Part shown: positions 1 to 11,429 of the stretch, in pieces
Layout of the letters: every line of letters starts with the position of its first letter
Position numbering within the stretch: position 1 is the first letter of the stretch
Assembly (NCBI GenBank): GCA_028534125.1
Contig: CM052816.1
Coordinates: 100,132,001-100,196,000 of the forward strand
Length of the DNA: 64,000 nt
Source: Lama glama
Lineage: Eukaryota
Direction: 5' to 3'
Position numbers and translations under genes: made by a program
Notes under the pieces: generated by a model
What the model was told of the DNA's origin: nothing
Seen by the model: the letters and a program-made list of their open reading frames with translations, nothing else
Databases searched by the model: none

Positions 1-849
1 TTGGGGCCTCTCTAAGGGGTGTGTCAGCTGACTGTAACACGCAGCAAGGTCATCAGCACGCGGTCCTCGCCGGCTAACTGATGTTGTGCGGCACAGGATT
101 TGGGATGAAATACACTCAGGTTAGCAAAGCCAGCGGGCTGGCCCGGGACGCCAGAGTGCATCACTGGGGGCGTTCCTGCATGTAACACCAAGGCTGGTCC
201 ACAGGGCTCTCGCGGTTTCAGAACCAGCTCGGGAATGCCGGCTGGGACTTGGTAAATGCAGCCTCTCGTCTCTGCCGTTACGTAGTGCTTGGTGTGGAAC
301 CAGATCTGAGACACCACACAAGCCCATCCAACAGAAAACTGGGTTTGGGGTCGTTCTCGGGGATGACAAGGTAGGGAAGCCTGTGTTTGTGGAGTTTCTT
401 CAGCACATTTTTTCATGGCAGGTTGCTACAGAATCATTTTTTCAAACCTGAAATGGTCAGGAAAAAATGAGTAAACATGCTTTCTCTCAGTTGAGGTCCA
501 ATTTCCAGCTTGCCATCTACCAGTGTCTGAACGTACGTTGAGTCTCTCGTACGGACATTTGGTGTGAAAACTGCTGAGTCTGTGAAAAGGAGAACAAGGC
601 ACTAGAAGGGGCAGCCTCGCCCTCTCCACGCGGGGTGGGGGGCGTTGTGGGGCCGAGGGGACTGAGGACATTCACTGACTCTGTGGTGACATCCACGGGG
701 GCAGCTACAAAAAGGAAATAGCCGGTATCTGGTTGCACACGTCTAGGAAGACCGCGCGGCCTGGCGGCCCCCGTGCGCTGTTGGACTTCTTGGTCTGCTT
801 ATCTCTGTACGTTCATTCCGAACTCCTGGAAGCATTTTACATTATGTTT

Positions 850-1290
850 TAATAAGTTGTTTATTTAATAAATATTTACGGGGAGCATAATACGTGGTGG
901 CCTGCAGATCACGGGGGCGAATGAGACAGGCCATCAGGTGTCCTCACAGACCCTCTTCCCAAAGGAGATGAGAGATGTTATAGGAGTCACACCGATGGGT
1001 GGATATTAGGTCCAAGAAGTTCTGGATCCAGTGGGCTGGGGAAGGGGAGGACGTACTCTTACGGAGAGAGCAGGAGAGGGAGGGATATTTGAGGGGAGAC
1101 CTGAAAAGTAGGAAATACGGGGCCAGAGGCGAGAGAGAGTGATCAGCATGAGCTGGGGGTGCTCTAGGGTGAGCCCCAAGTCTGCTCTCTCCCCCAAGCT
1201 TCAGATTAGAAAACTGGGTCTTCCCTGACACCTTTACTGAGTTCCCAAAGGAAATTCAAAGCTCCCTATGTATAAAATACATCCTGGAGT
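850..1290. mobile_element. Decayed L2 (LINE-2) fragments
   Basis: 'ttatttaataaatatttacggggagcataatacgtg...gaatgagacagg' resembles the L2 3' end (minus). The following sequence resembles internal L2. Highly diverged. Confidence 0.4.
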
Positions 1291-1611
1291 TCTGTTTCAT
1301 GAGAACTCCACCCTCCTGCGGAGGCTGAAGCTCTGATCCCTGAAATGCCCCTTTCCTCCCCCAGCAAATCCTGCAGGGTCTTTCTCCAGCCAGGCTCCTA
1401 CACCGCCTCCTTCCTTCTCTGTGCTTCCTTCCCGGCCCACACCTGCCACCCCTCACCTGGGATGCTGTGAGTGTATCTGTGGTGATCTCCATCACCCCAT
1501 CCCGGAGCCGCCAGGAGCATCCTGCCAAAATGTCACTCAGTTCATGTGACCCTCTGGTGACAGCATCGCATGGCCCACTACACACCTGAGACGAGGGCTC
1601 ATGCGCGTGTT

Positions 1612-2392
1612 GTCTAAAACCCTGACAGCACCCAGTGCTGACGAGGATGTGGAACAACAGGGACTCTCATTCAGTGCTGGTGGTTTCCTGCAAAACTAGA
1701 CACACTCTTACCGAATGGTCATGCGGCCGCATTCCTTGGTCTCTCTCCAAATGAGCTAAAAACTTACGCCCACACTAAAACCTGCACGTGAGCATGCACG
1801 GCACCTTTGTCCGCAATTGCCAAAACTCTGGAGGGCGGAGGTGTCCCTCAGTAGGTGAGTGGATGCAGGTACTGTGGAACTGCCAGACAATGGAGCCTTA
1901 CTCAGTGGTAAAATAAGGAATGGGCTACAGAGCTACAGAAAGGCACGAAGAACCTCAAATGTGTGTTGATGATGGACAGAAGGCAGCCTGGCGAAGCCCC
2001 ACACTTTCTGGAAAAGGCAAACCAGTAAAAAGACCAGTGGTCGCAGGCCCGGGGGCAAAGGAGGCAGGGGCGGGCAGCTGGAGCGCAGGGGCTATCAGGC
2101 AGCAAAACTACCCTGCAGGGCACGGTGATGGAGGATCCACGTCGTTCCTCGTGTGTCAGACCCAGAGAACGTGCGACACATGATGGTCCCCGGTGTGAAC
2201 TGCGGACTTCAGTTAATAACATGGTGGTGATATTGGTTCGTCAGCTGTAACAAAGGCGCCTCACTGAGACAAGGTGCTAAGGGTGGGGGGCGTCCCTGTG
2301 TTTGGGGGCTGTACGGGAAAATGCGGGGGCTCTCTCTGCTTGTCCCTCAGTTTTCCTGTAAACCTAAAACTGCCCTAAAAACGTCCATTGAA
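1612..2392 (+). mobile_element. Ancient L1 (L1MC-like) ORF2 end and 3' UTR
   Basis: Runs from 'gtgctgacgaggatgtggaacaacagggactctcattcagtgctggtgg' through 'gtgtccctcagtaggtgagtggat' to the terminal 'cagttttcctgtaaacctaaaactgccctaaaaa', matching recalled L1MC1/2 3'-end consensus. Confidence 0.8.
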
Positions 2393-5016
2393 GAAAACAT
2401 GCCTCACAGTCTCCCTGCGGTGCCAGGATGGACCCCGGGGCCCCCACTCGCAGTGGCCAGGAGGTGTCCCCGGTTCCCTCAGCGACCACCTGTCCCCTCG
2501 GAGCGTGGCTCCAGGCGCAGTGGCCTTATCCTCACCCAGGACCTCAGCCAGGCCCTTCCCTCCGTAGTACCTTGTGTGGCTCACTCTTGGCGACGTCAAC
2601 GCAGGGTCAACAGCCACTTGGCCGTTGTAATCCCGCCCCTTTGGGGGTGCACACTGCAGGCCATCCCCATCCCTGGAATGAGCGGTCGAGAGACCCGGGC
2701 GCCAAAATGACTCTGCTGCCCCCGGGGTTAAGGCCGGTCCTCAGGGAGCCCAGCCGCGTCCAGGGCTGGCCTCCTCGTGGGGGCGTTCTCACAAGGCAGA
2801 TGCCCAGAGGCGGGGGCTCCTGGAGCTGGGGCAGCGCTGAGGGAGCCCCCCACTGCAGCCACATACTCCATCCCGCGGCTTTTCCACCCCTCTGTAGGTG
2901 TAGACGACCTGCCCTCCCCGAGGGGGACCTGCAGGCTGCCGGGCTCGCCCAGCCAGGAAGGGCCGCCGGCCCCGTGAGCCGGCTCAGCCAGGCCTTCCCG
3001 CTCAGTTATTAGACTTCACCATCTTTTTATAAAAGGGAAATAAAAAGGTACCTTAGGGCTGGAAGATCTGCTTCGAGGGGAGGTGACTATTTCCACCCTG
3101 GGTCACTTGTGCTGACTCACCCATCTTTGTGGAGAGTAAAGGACACATGGCAGGTGCAGTGTGGGCAGGGACAGAGGGACACAGGCCACAGGGGCTGGTG
3201 ACCTGTCCTCCAGCGACGTCTCCAAAGTCGATCTGAAGGTTGCGGTGGAGGTGGGGAGACGGAGGGTGGCGGAGACGGATGGGGCGGGGAGTGGGGGACA
3301 ACTGGCCCCGGGGAGCCGGTATCCGCACAATCTTCCCAAAGTGTGACTCATCAAGGGAGAGGCGACTTCTTGTGACAAACGTCCAGCACATCGCACGCGT
3401 CGCTTCTGTGTTCAGGTGACCGACTGCAGACACACGAAGCAGCGCCTCCCGAACCAGTCTTCGCTGCAGAGGCCGCAGAGAGGCTGCTTGCAGCGTGCTT
3501 TGTCACTGCGATCGGGGGCGTGGGGACCCCGGTCCTGCAGGAGAGCTCACAGCTTCTCGGGAGCTGCCTCCCTCCCAGGACGGCGCACCCCGGCCCCGGG
3601 CACGTTCCTCCACGACACCCCGGAAAGCAGCCCTTCGGTGCAGACACTCGCCCGCTGCCTGCTGGAGCTTGTCCCCCGTAAATGAAAACATTACTAAATC
3701 CGGGCTGAGGTGGGGGACACAAAGGGGTGTATTGTCCCCAGGCCCACTGACGCTGACGGGCTGGCACTGTCTCCCGCGCGCGGGCCTGGGCAGCTGAGGC
3801 CCCTGGCTGTTTAACCATTAGCCAAGCGCAGGGCAGGTGAGTCACTGAAGCCCCAGGGCCTCCCCACCAGCCAACCCTGTGCAGCTCCGCCCCGGGCGCG
3901 CCCCCTTGTTGAGCTCCAGCTCTTCTATTCCAGGTGGTAAATGCTCCATCTGCTCACAAATGATTCATTGTTGTTGTGGGAGGTGCACTGGGGAGGCTGG
4001 CCGAGGGCGTTGAAGGTCATTGAGATGCGCATAAGGAAGAGGACAGACCGGCCTCGCCACCCCCTGCTCATCCTGCGAGGTGAGGCATGTGCCCAGCATT
4101 CCTGTCTGGTGAGCGCAGTGCGCGGGGTGTTCTCAGACACGCATGGTGATGCCAGGCGGTAATCTGGGGGCGATTTACAAAGGCCCAGCTCCGATTTCAA
4201 AGAGCGATGTGGATACCCACGCTTTGGCATACTTGGCGTTGCTGAGTTTGTGGGGCAGAAAATTCCACATTTTCTCCTCTTAATGAGCGTCTCTTCTCAA
4301 ATGAAGCATCGCCTGTTCCCTGGACGGAGGAGCACCTCTCTTGCCTTCAGTCTCTGATCCCGGCCCCAGGCACGCAGCTTGGGCTGGCCAGGCTCGCAGG
4401 CAGGCCGGCCGGAGGTGGGTGTGCAGGTTAGAGATGGTAGGATCAGAGAGGTGGCAGCCACCATGCACCCGCCAGGTTCAAACCCCCAACAGGAAACCAG
4501 CTCCCTTCGCTGGGATTTCCCCACGTCTATTCCTTCCAAAGGACTTGCCACCCAACATGAGTCATTGAGTAAAACAGGCTGAACGTGAGCTGCTGACACC
4601 TGGGATGTTGATTTAACGATATTTATTGATACTTATAAAGTCACTTGAAAAACAATTTCTGGAGCCTTTCCCGCCTGCCCTCCGGGGTGATTCAAGACAG
4701 ACTGAACTGTCTAAACCCGAGAGGTGGTGGCGGGTGCTGGAACCTTATACCTGGGAGTAAATGTGAATGTCTCCCTCCGACCCACTGGTTCTGCGTGGAA
4801 GGACACGGAGGCTCGGGGGTGTTCAGCCTGTTTTCTGGGGCCGGCCAGTGAGTAATCACAGAACCAGGGAATGGGGACACAGGGTCTTGCCTCTCCACGA
4901 TGTTGGTTCTGTTTCAACATTGGGAGGGGAAATGAATGCTCTTTCTATGGCCCACGTGAAAATCACCATTTTGTATAAGCATAAATCAACTTACAGCTAA
5001 GAAATAAATAGGAAAT

Positions 5017-5150
5017 GGGGAGGGTGTAGCTCAGTGGTTGAGTGTGTGCTTATCAGGCACGAGGTCCTGGGTTCAACCCCCAGGACCTCCGTTAAAAGAA
5101 AACTAGATAAACCTAATTACCATCCCCTTTTTATAAAACACCAAAAAATC
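5017..5150 (+). mobile_element. tRNA-Ala-derived camelid SINE (vic-1 type)
   Basis: Head 'ggggagggtgtagctcagtgg', B-box 'ggttcaaccccc', tail 'aaacctaattacc'. Five related copies elsewhere in the window. Confidence 0.9.
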
Positions 5151-5154
5151 AGTA

Positions 5155-5195
5155 AGAAAGAAAGAAGGAAGGAAGGAAGGAAAGAAAGAAAGAAA

Positions 5196-5252
<57 letters not shown>

Positions 5253-5372
5253 AAAAAGAAAGAAAGAAAGAAAGAAAGAAAGAAAAGGAAGAAAGAAAAG
5301 GAAGAAGGAAAGGAAGAAAAGGAAGGAAGGAAAGAAAGAAAGAAAGAAAGAAGAAAGAAAGAAAGAAAGAAA

Positions 5373-5437
<65 letters not shown>

Positions 5438-5487
5438 AAAGAAAAGAAAGAAAGAAAAGGAAGAAGGAAAGGAAGAAAGAGGGAGGA
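5155..5487 (+). repeat. (GAAA)n / polypurine simple repeat at SINE tail
   Basis: About 330 bp of pure A/G sequence dominated by GAAA units. Confidence 0.97.
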
Positions 5488-6699
5488 ATCTAAGAAGAAG
5501 ATTTCCGCGTCAGCTAAGGACGAGCCCTCTGGGCCAGCTCCCGGAGCTGACGTCAGTCCTCGCTGAGCGGACCTCTTCAGGTGGGACATGCCCAGCCAGG
5601 GTGGGGCTGGGTCACCATGACGACTGGGCGTCCTGGAAACAGGTGGGACTTTCTCTGCCTTCCCGCAGAGAGGCCGGGGAGACAGGGGCCTGGGGCAGGA
5701 CGCGCTTTGAAGTCCATCATCCTGTGAGAAGGAGGGGCCGTCCTCTGACCCGGCAGCAAGACACACAGGAGGGTGTGGCCCCCCTCTAACTCTAAGCATT
5801 ACTGCTGCTTCCATGGGGGTCTGGGGTCTGTTTGGATCCGGAATGGTTGGGTTCACAGAATGCCTCTCCCGCGAGGAAGAAAGTTTCATCCTCACAGGTC
5901 CCTGCAGAGCCAGGTCCAGCCTGCCGTGGGGCCACACATGCAGGCGCTGGTCAGTGTGTGTGGGGAGACGTGGCAGGACTACTCGCTGTGGTTTCTGTGG
6001 GAAGGAATGGAGGGGGCAGGTGAGCAGGCTTAGACCTGGGCAGTGTGGGCAGTTCCCAGGGGCCCCAGGGCTGTCCTGAGCTGTCACGGCCCGCCCTGGT
6101 GTGCAGGGGCCAGCAGGACCGTGGCCCAGAGTGAAAGATGGTGGTGGGTATGGCTCCGGGGTGGCCGGTTGGCGAGTGGAAGGCAGGCTGACAGGCACTG
6201 CTTGGTATCACTGGGTGTGAGCCGGCCGGGGAGCGGCCGTCCCTCTGGGCTCAGCAAGATACAGGATGTCAAAGCATCACACAGAGAAATGAGAAAATGT
6301 GGTTCCTGCAACTCCTGTGAACCAGGAGGCCCCCAATGCCCCAGCCGGACGCCTCAGTCTCAGGTGGGGAGCCTGGGGCTCCGGCTCGGGGTGGGGGACA
6401 AGGCTGCATCTGTGCCCCCCACCACTCGCAGCGCCCCCTCTCCCCGGCCACAGGGGCGGCACGGGCACTGCTGGCTCTCGCTGGGCTGGAGCTCCCGGGT
6501 CCTCCCAGAGGAGAGCTGCTTATAGACTCAGCTGTCTGGGGGAACACATGTGGTAAAGTTGAACAGAGCCTTCAGAGCTGGAGCGGTTTAGTGAGATTCC
6601 AGACATGTCCAGACCTAACAAAGGGAGGAAAAATGTGAGATGAGGCCTGTGAACACGAGATGGGGAGAAAGGAGGGTTTAAGAAACTGCACATCTGCCT

Positions 6700-7284
6700 T
6701 GGTGTTCACAGCAGCCAAGATGTGGGAGCAGCCGCCTAAATCTTCATGGACAGAGGGCTGGATAGAGACGTTGTGGTGTGCTTATACAATGGAATACTAC
6801 TCAGCCATAAAAAATAATGAAGTAGCGCCATTTGCAGCAACATGGGTGGACCTGGAGATTATCATAGTAAGTAAAGTCAGCCAGAAAGGGAAAGAAAAAT
6901 ACCACATGATAATTCTTATATGTGGAATCTAAAATATGGCACAAATGAACTTATTTACAAAACAGAAATAGACTCACAGACATAGAAAACAAACTTACGG
7001 TTACTGGAGGAAAGGAGGAAGGAAGGGATAAAGTAGGAGTTTGTGATTAACAGGTTATATACTTCCATATAGAAAACAGATAAACAACAAGGTCCTACTG
7101 CAGAGCACAGGGAACCATATTCAACACCTTATAATAGCCTAAAATGAAAAAGAACATGAAAAGGAATATATATATAATCTGTATGTATAACTGAATCACT
7201 GAGCTGTACACCGGAAATTAATACAACGTTGTAAACCAACAATACTTCAATTAAAAACATTTTAATGAAAAAAAAAAAACTTAA
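6700..7284 (+). mobile_element. 5'-truncated L1 (cetartiodactyl-type): ORF2 C-terminus, 3' UTR, poly(A)
   Basis: ORF 6660..6932 encodes the L1 ORF2 C-terminal motif 'YTMEYYSAIKNNE..FAATWVDLE'. Poly(A) at 7268-7279. Degenerate TSD aaactgcacatctgcct (6683-6699) / aaacttctcagctgcct (7285-7301), 14/17 identical. Confidence 0.93.
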
Positions 7285-7441
7285 AAACTTCTCAGCTGCC
7301 TGCATCCCAGGAAGAATCAGCTCGATGTTCTGTGACCCTCAGCCAAACTGAGGACCAGACTGTGGCCATTATGGGAGATCAAAGGAAAGAAAACGTTTTT
7401 TGGCTAAATTTAGCATAGACCATGTGGTGTGTCAGACCACA

Positions 7442-7537
7442 TGGGAACTAACGCACAGAAAAGGAGGAACGCATGTGCGAGGAGTCAGACCACAGACTAT
7501 GCACATGCATTCCTCCTTTTCTGTGCGTTAGTTCCCA
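7442..7537. repeat. Inverted repeat: 37-bp arms, 1 mismatch, 22-nt loop
   Basis: Arm 7442-7478 tgggaactaacgcacagaaaaggaggaacgcatgtgc; arm 7501-7537 gcacatgcattcctccttttctgtgcgttagttccca. Confidence 0.97.
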
Positions 7538-8370
7538 GATAGTTTGAATAACTCTCTACAGATGAGACTGCAAAATATGACAACCACCCTCAATTAAGGC
7601 ATCGATTTCCCTTGGCAAGCAACGCTGAAGGAAGTCCGCATTTTCCCTGGATTGGAATTGGAGTGAAATCACAGTTTTGTTGTTGCTCTTGTTTTTAATA
7701 ATTTTGTTTTTCTCAGACTTCAAAATATTTCTCAGAGTGAAGAGCGCCAAAGATTTTTATTATTATAACTGTAGCATCAAACCATGAAGAAATATCATAT
7801 TTCTAAGGGGCTAAGTTTGTCTCATAAAAAGCAAATTAGGATGAAAACTGGGCCTGACTCCAACCGTGGCCAAGCTATTTTTTACTTTCTTTCTCAAGGG
7901 AAAAGATGCTACCAATACAGTCTAGCTCCATAACAACCTACGTTTTATGATAACCATATCGTTCAGGCAGGAGGGGGCACCGTCATCTTAAGTATATACA
8001 TGTCAGCCATAAGTGGGAACTCAGAGGAAGAAGGAAGTAGTTTTGAGAACAGTCTTTACTGTGTGGTTGTCCTCATTTGAATCTTAATATTTCCTTTCAT
8101 CCTTGGATTCAGTGTTTCCCTGAGTCGATATTGAAGGCGGGGCTCTGCACACACATGCAGTTCCTCACTCTTCCATGTGAGGTGTCTTGGAAGCACAGAG
8201 GTGCCTCGGACAGAGAAGGCTCTGGAAGCGGGCAGCAGGGAGAGAGAAAGGTTTCTTCTTCATGACTGTTCTCTGTTTAGCATCATGGTCAGAGCTCACT
8301 GTTGGTGCATAAAGTCCCTTCAAAAGATATTTTCAAATCCCGACCCCAGGGCCTTATTTGGAATTCGATC

Positions 8371-8882
8371 TGTCAGTGAAAATAATTAATACACAATCAA
8401 TAATAAGATAGAAAAGAATTTTATTTGAGCCAAACTGAGGACCAGCCTGGAAGCCCACCTCCCAGATTCCACCAAGAAACTGCTCCAGAGAAGCAGGTTC
8501 TCAGCACAGTCTTATGTCTCGTCAGAACAAAGAACAGTCAGCAAACCAGGGTTACAGCCCTTCGAGGCTTCAAAGGAACAAGGAGAAAGCAGCCCAGCAC
8601 GTGCGCGACCAGGCAGTCTGGGCTCGGCCCGCGGAGGCGGCTTACCATCCCCGGAGGACCAGCGCTGACACCCTGAGAAGAGAGGCATTTACTCTTTATT
8701 TTCCTCGTGGACTTTCCTCACTTCCAGTCAGGGTGCCCTTTTCTTTAATGATTAAAGCAGACAGACAGTGTACGTTTGATAGGCCGCAGACAGACTATTT
8801 CAGTTAGCATGGTACTCGAGTCCCCTCCTGTGTGAGCCGAATGATTTCCCTACATCTCAGAAGGGGAGCATTTCTTATATCA
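8371..8882 (-). mobile_element. Solo ERV1-class LTR nested in MLT1
   Basis: TG...CA termini. 4-bp flanks gatc (8367-8370) / ggtc (8883-8886), where ggtc matches the MLT1 target sequence. Minus-strand AATAAA near 8420. 'ttttatttgagccaaactgagga' recalled from laurasiatherian ERV1 LTRs. Confidence 0.7.
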
Positions 8883-9032
8883 GGTCTTTGAGAGGCCATC
8901 GGTTAAGAGAACATCTTGCAGGAGTAGCCAGGGACCTTATCTGGTGACTGGTGTCCTGATAAAGAGAGAACAGAGATGCAGGGGCAGAAGGAGCAGACAC
9001 GGAAGGGCTGCATCTCAGAGACCACGGTGCGT

Positions 9033-9224
9033 CTCCAAGCCCAGGGCTTCATCTCCGAGCCCAGCGCTGCACCTCCGAGCCCAGGGCTGCACCTCTGAGC
9101 CCAGGGCTGTACCTCTGAGCCCAGGGCAGCACCTCCGAGCCCAGGGCAGCACCTCCGAGCCCGGGGCGGCACCTCCAAGCCCGGGGCTTCATCCCCAAGC
9201 CCAGGCTGCATCTCCGAGCCCGGG
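9033..9224 (+). repeat. GC-rich 20-bp minisatellite, ~9.6 copies, consensus CTCCGAGCCCAGGGCTGCAC
   Basis: Head-to-tail units start at 9033, 9053, 9073, 9093, 9113, 9133, 9153, 9173, 9193 (19 bp) and 9212 (partial). Confidence 0.97.
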
Positions 9225-10439
9225 ATGCTGCAGGTGTCTGGAGGAGGTGGGAAGGACCCTCCCCGGAGCCCTGGGACAGAGCACGGCCCTGCCCACACTT
9301 CGACTTCCTCCAGGGCCATGGGAGTAAAGCTGTGTCATTTCAGGCCACTGCAGTCCTTTGTGTCTGAATGCCAGAGACATGGACATGGGCCATTTTGAGA
9401 ACCACTGCCCGCTGGGGGTCTGACCGCTGTGCCTTCGTGGATCCTCCTGGCACTTGCCTGCTGTGACCAGCTCTCCTCTCTCGGGGGCTCAGTTCTGGAG
9501 GAAGGGGTCCCCCAGTGGCCGATGGGTGGATCAAAAACACGTTTTTTTAAATAAGCAGTGGTGTCCATGTTTTGTCTGCTCGAACCAGCCTCTTTACTTT
9601 GGAAATGCTACTTCAGTTTTCCTCCAGTTCACACCCGTTCCTTTCCTCTCCATTTACAAGGGAGGAGAACAGAGCTGGAGCGCTTGTCCCGGACACCGCC
9701 TGGGCCGCAAGCCAGGACAGGCTTTGGTTCACCCGGGATCCTGGAGTCACACGTCTCCACACCGTTGTCCAGGGAGACGGAGCCAGCCCTCTGCCCTGTC
9801 CCAAGATCTGTCTTCCTGGCTCCCAGAGGGGCTGCACCCCGGCCGCCTCCTCCCTCTGCAGGGACTTGAAAGGACCCCAGGAGCCGGCCAGTTCTTTCAG
9901 CAGCCCCGGGTCAGGTGGGCGCTCAGGGCAGCCAGGGGTCAGGGTCCAGCGGGATGGGGGGCGGGGAGCCAAAAACTTGTCCCCGGGCGAGCTTTGCTCA
10001 GGCCTCAATCCATCTTCATCCTGTAATTAGGCTCTGCCGACCCGCAAAGGGCGTGTTGCTATGACACACATTGGCAAATCAAGGCAAATTTGAGGCCCGG
10101 GCACTAAAGCGGTGGGTCCATTGTTCCTGGCTGTGTAACTGGTGATCAGGGAGGCTGTAAACCGTCGGGCGCGGGAGGCCGGGGGCCGGAGGAGGGCCGG
10201 CTGCTCGCTGCCTCCCCCTCCCCCTCCTGTGAACCAGAGTTTATGGGAAGCCTGGGGACAGGCCTCTTGTTTAACCTCCAGGAGGAGGCGAGCGAGCAGG
10301 AGAAGGGGAAATCAAAACCAAAGAGAATTAATGAGCCTTCACATATTGTCCTGTTTCTTTTGTGGTTTAAAAAAAAAATCTGGGTGAAAACGAAGAAGTC
10401 TGGGGAGAGCGTCTGCAGAAGAAAGCTTTCACAGCGGGT

Positions 10440-10700
10440 CGTAAATGCCACGAAACATCAACCGCGCCACCCGGTCGCCCCCGTGACTGGCATCGCCGGA
10501 CGCCCGGGCATCAGCGCTTCCTGCTCCCGGCCGAGGGGACGGCGGCCGCGGCCCGTCCACGTGAGGTCAGCGTCTGCCGGCGTCGCCAGGCTTCCTGTTA
10601 CATGGCGTCCCCCCTGTCCCCAGGCAGGCGCGCCCGCGCCCTCCGCTGGGACTTGGCCCCGGGGCCGCCACGGCACGGGCTGCGGGGTCAGTTCCCTTAA
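10440..10700. promoter_or_regulatory. Short CpG-island-like segment
   Basis: Dense CpG (e.g. ggcggccgcggcccg, gcgcgcccgcgcc) and an E-box CACGTG at ~10558. No associated gene is visible. Confidence 0.4.
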
Positions 10701-11429
10701 CTGAGAGAACGTGGGGGGAAGGCTCAGGTCCCACTGCAATTTGTTCCATGGCCGCTGTGTGAGGAGTGGTTCAAAGTCATCACCTTTAAAGAGAAAAACA
10801 ATCGCCAACTAGATTAACGAAGTCCTCTGCCGACCCCTCCATAGCGCCATCTGAGGCCAGAGCAAGAGGCCCGGCACTGCTGGCACTGAGCCCCGGCTGA
10901 GAGCCCCGGGGGCCCTGCCCGCCACCCCTCTGCTGGAGGGGTGCGGGGAGGGTGTCCGGCCTGACAGTGGCCAGAGAGGCCGCCGGGCTGTGGACTCCAT
11001 GTCGCATGCCCGCTCTTTTACGGGGATCGGGCCAACATCACAGCAAAAATAGCCAGTTTCCTGGCCACTCAAAGACTCTGGTATTTAAAAGCCATCAGCC
11101 GTGCTGTCACTGGGAACAATCCATGGTCTCACACGGCCAAGGGTTCAGGTCTCGCTTCTTTCCCAAAGGAGGGGGCAAGCCCCTGCCCATGCCCTAAACC
11201 CCCTGCGCCCACCCGAGCTGGAGACCAGCAGACCACGTGCCCCAAACCCCCCTCGGGGAACATCACACCAGAGTGGTTTGTTGCACTGAGGCGGGCTGGT
11301 GCCGTTGCCGCTGACTGGCCGGGACCGGGCTCCGCTGTCAGAGGGAGAGGGTCCCCTCATACTGCCCGCTGCCCAGTGGCCCGGACTGTGTGACCGCGGC
11401 GCCTTAGCCGGGCAGGTGGAAACACAGCC

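Larger units (their letters stand above)
8299..9375 (+). mobile_element. MaLR LTR (MLT1B/C/D-like), interrupted by an ERV1 LTR and a minisatellite
   Basis: 5' part 'caaaagatat...gccttatttggaa'. Resumes after 8882 with 'ggtctttg...gactggtgtcctgataaagag'. 3' part 'aaggaccctccccggagcc...agcacggccctgcccacactt...caggccac'. Confidence 0.75.

Noticed and set aside
5034..6198. Long ORFs 5034..5789 (+, 251 aa) and 5149..6198 (-, 349 aa)
   Set aside because: They are open only because they cross a SINE and a stop-free (GAAA)n tract. The KKER/FFLS repeats are translation artefacts.
6660..6932. 90-aa ORF with a real protein motif
   Set aside because: It is the C-terminus of L1 ORF2 in a 5'-truncated, non-functional copy.
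9033..9224. Regular 20-bp repeats as a CRISPR array
   Set aside because: Units are head-to-tail with no unique spacers, there are no cas genes, and the DNA is mammalian.
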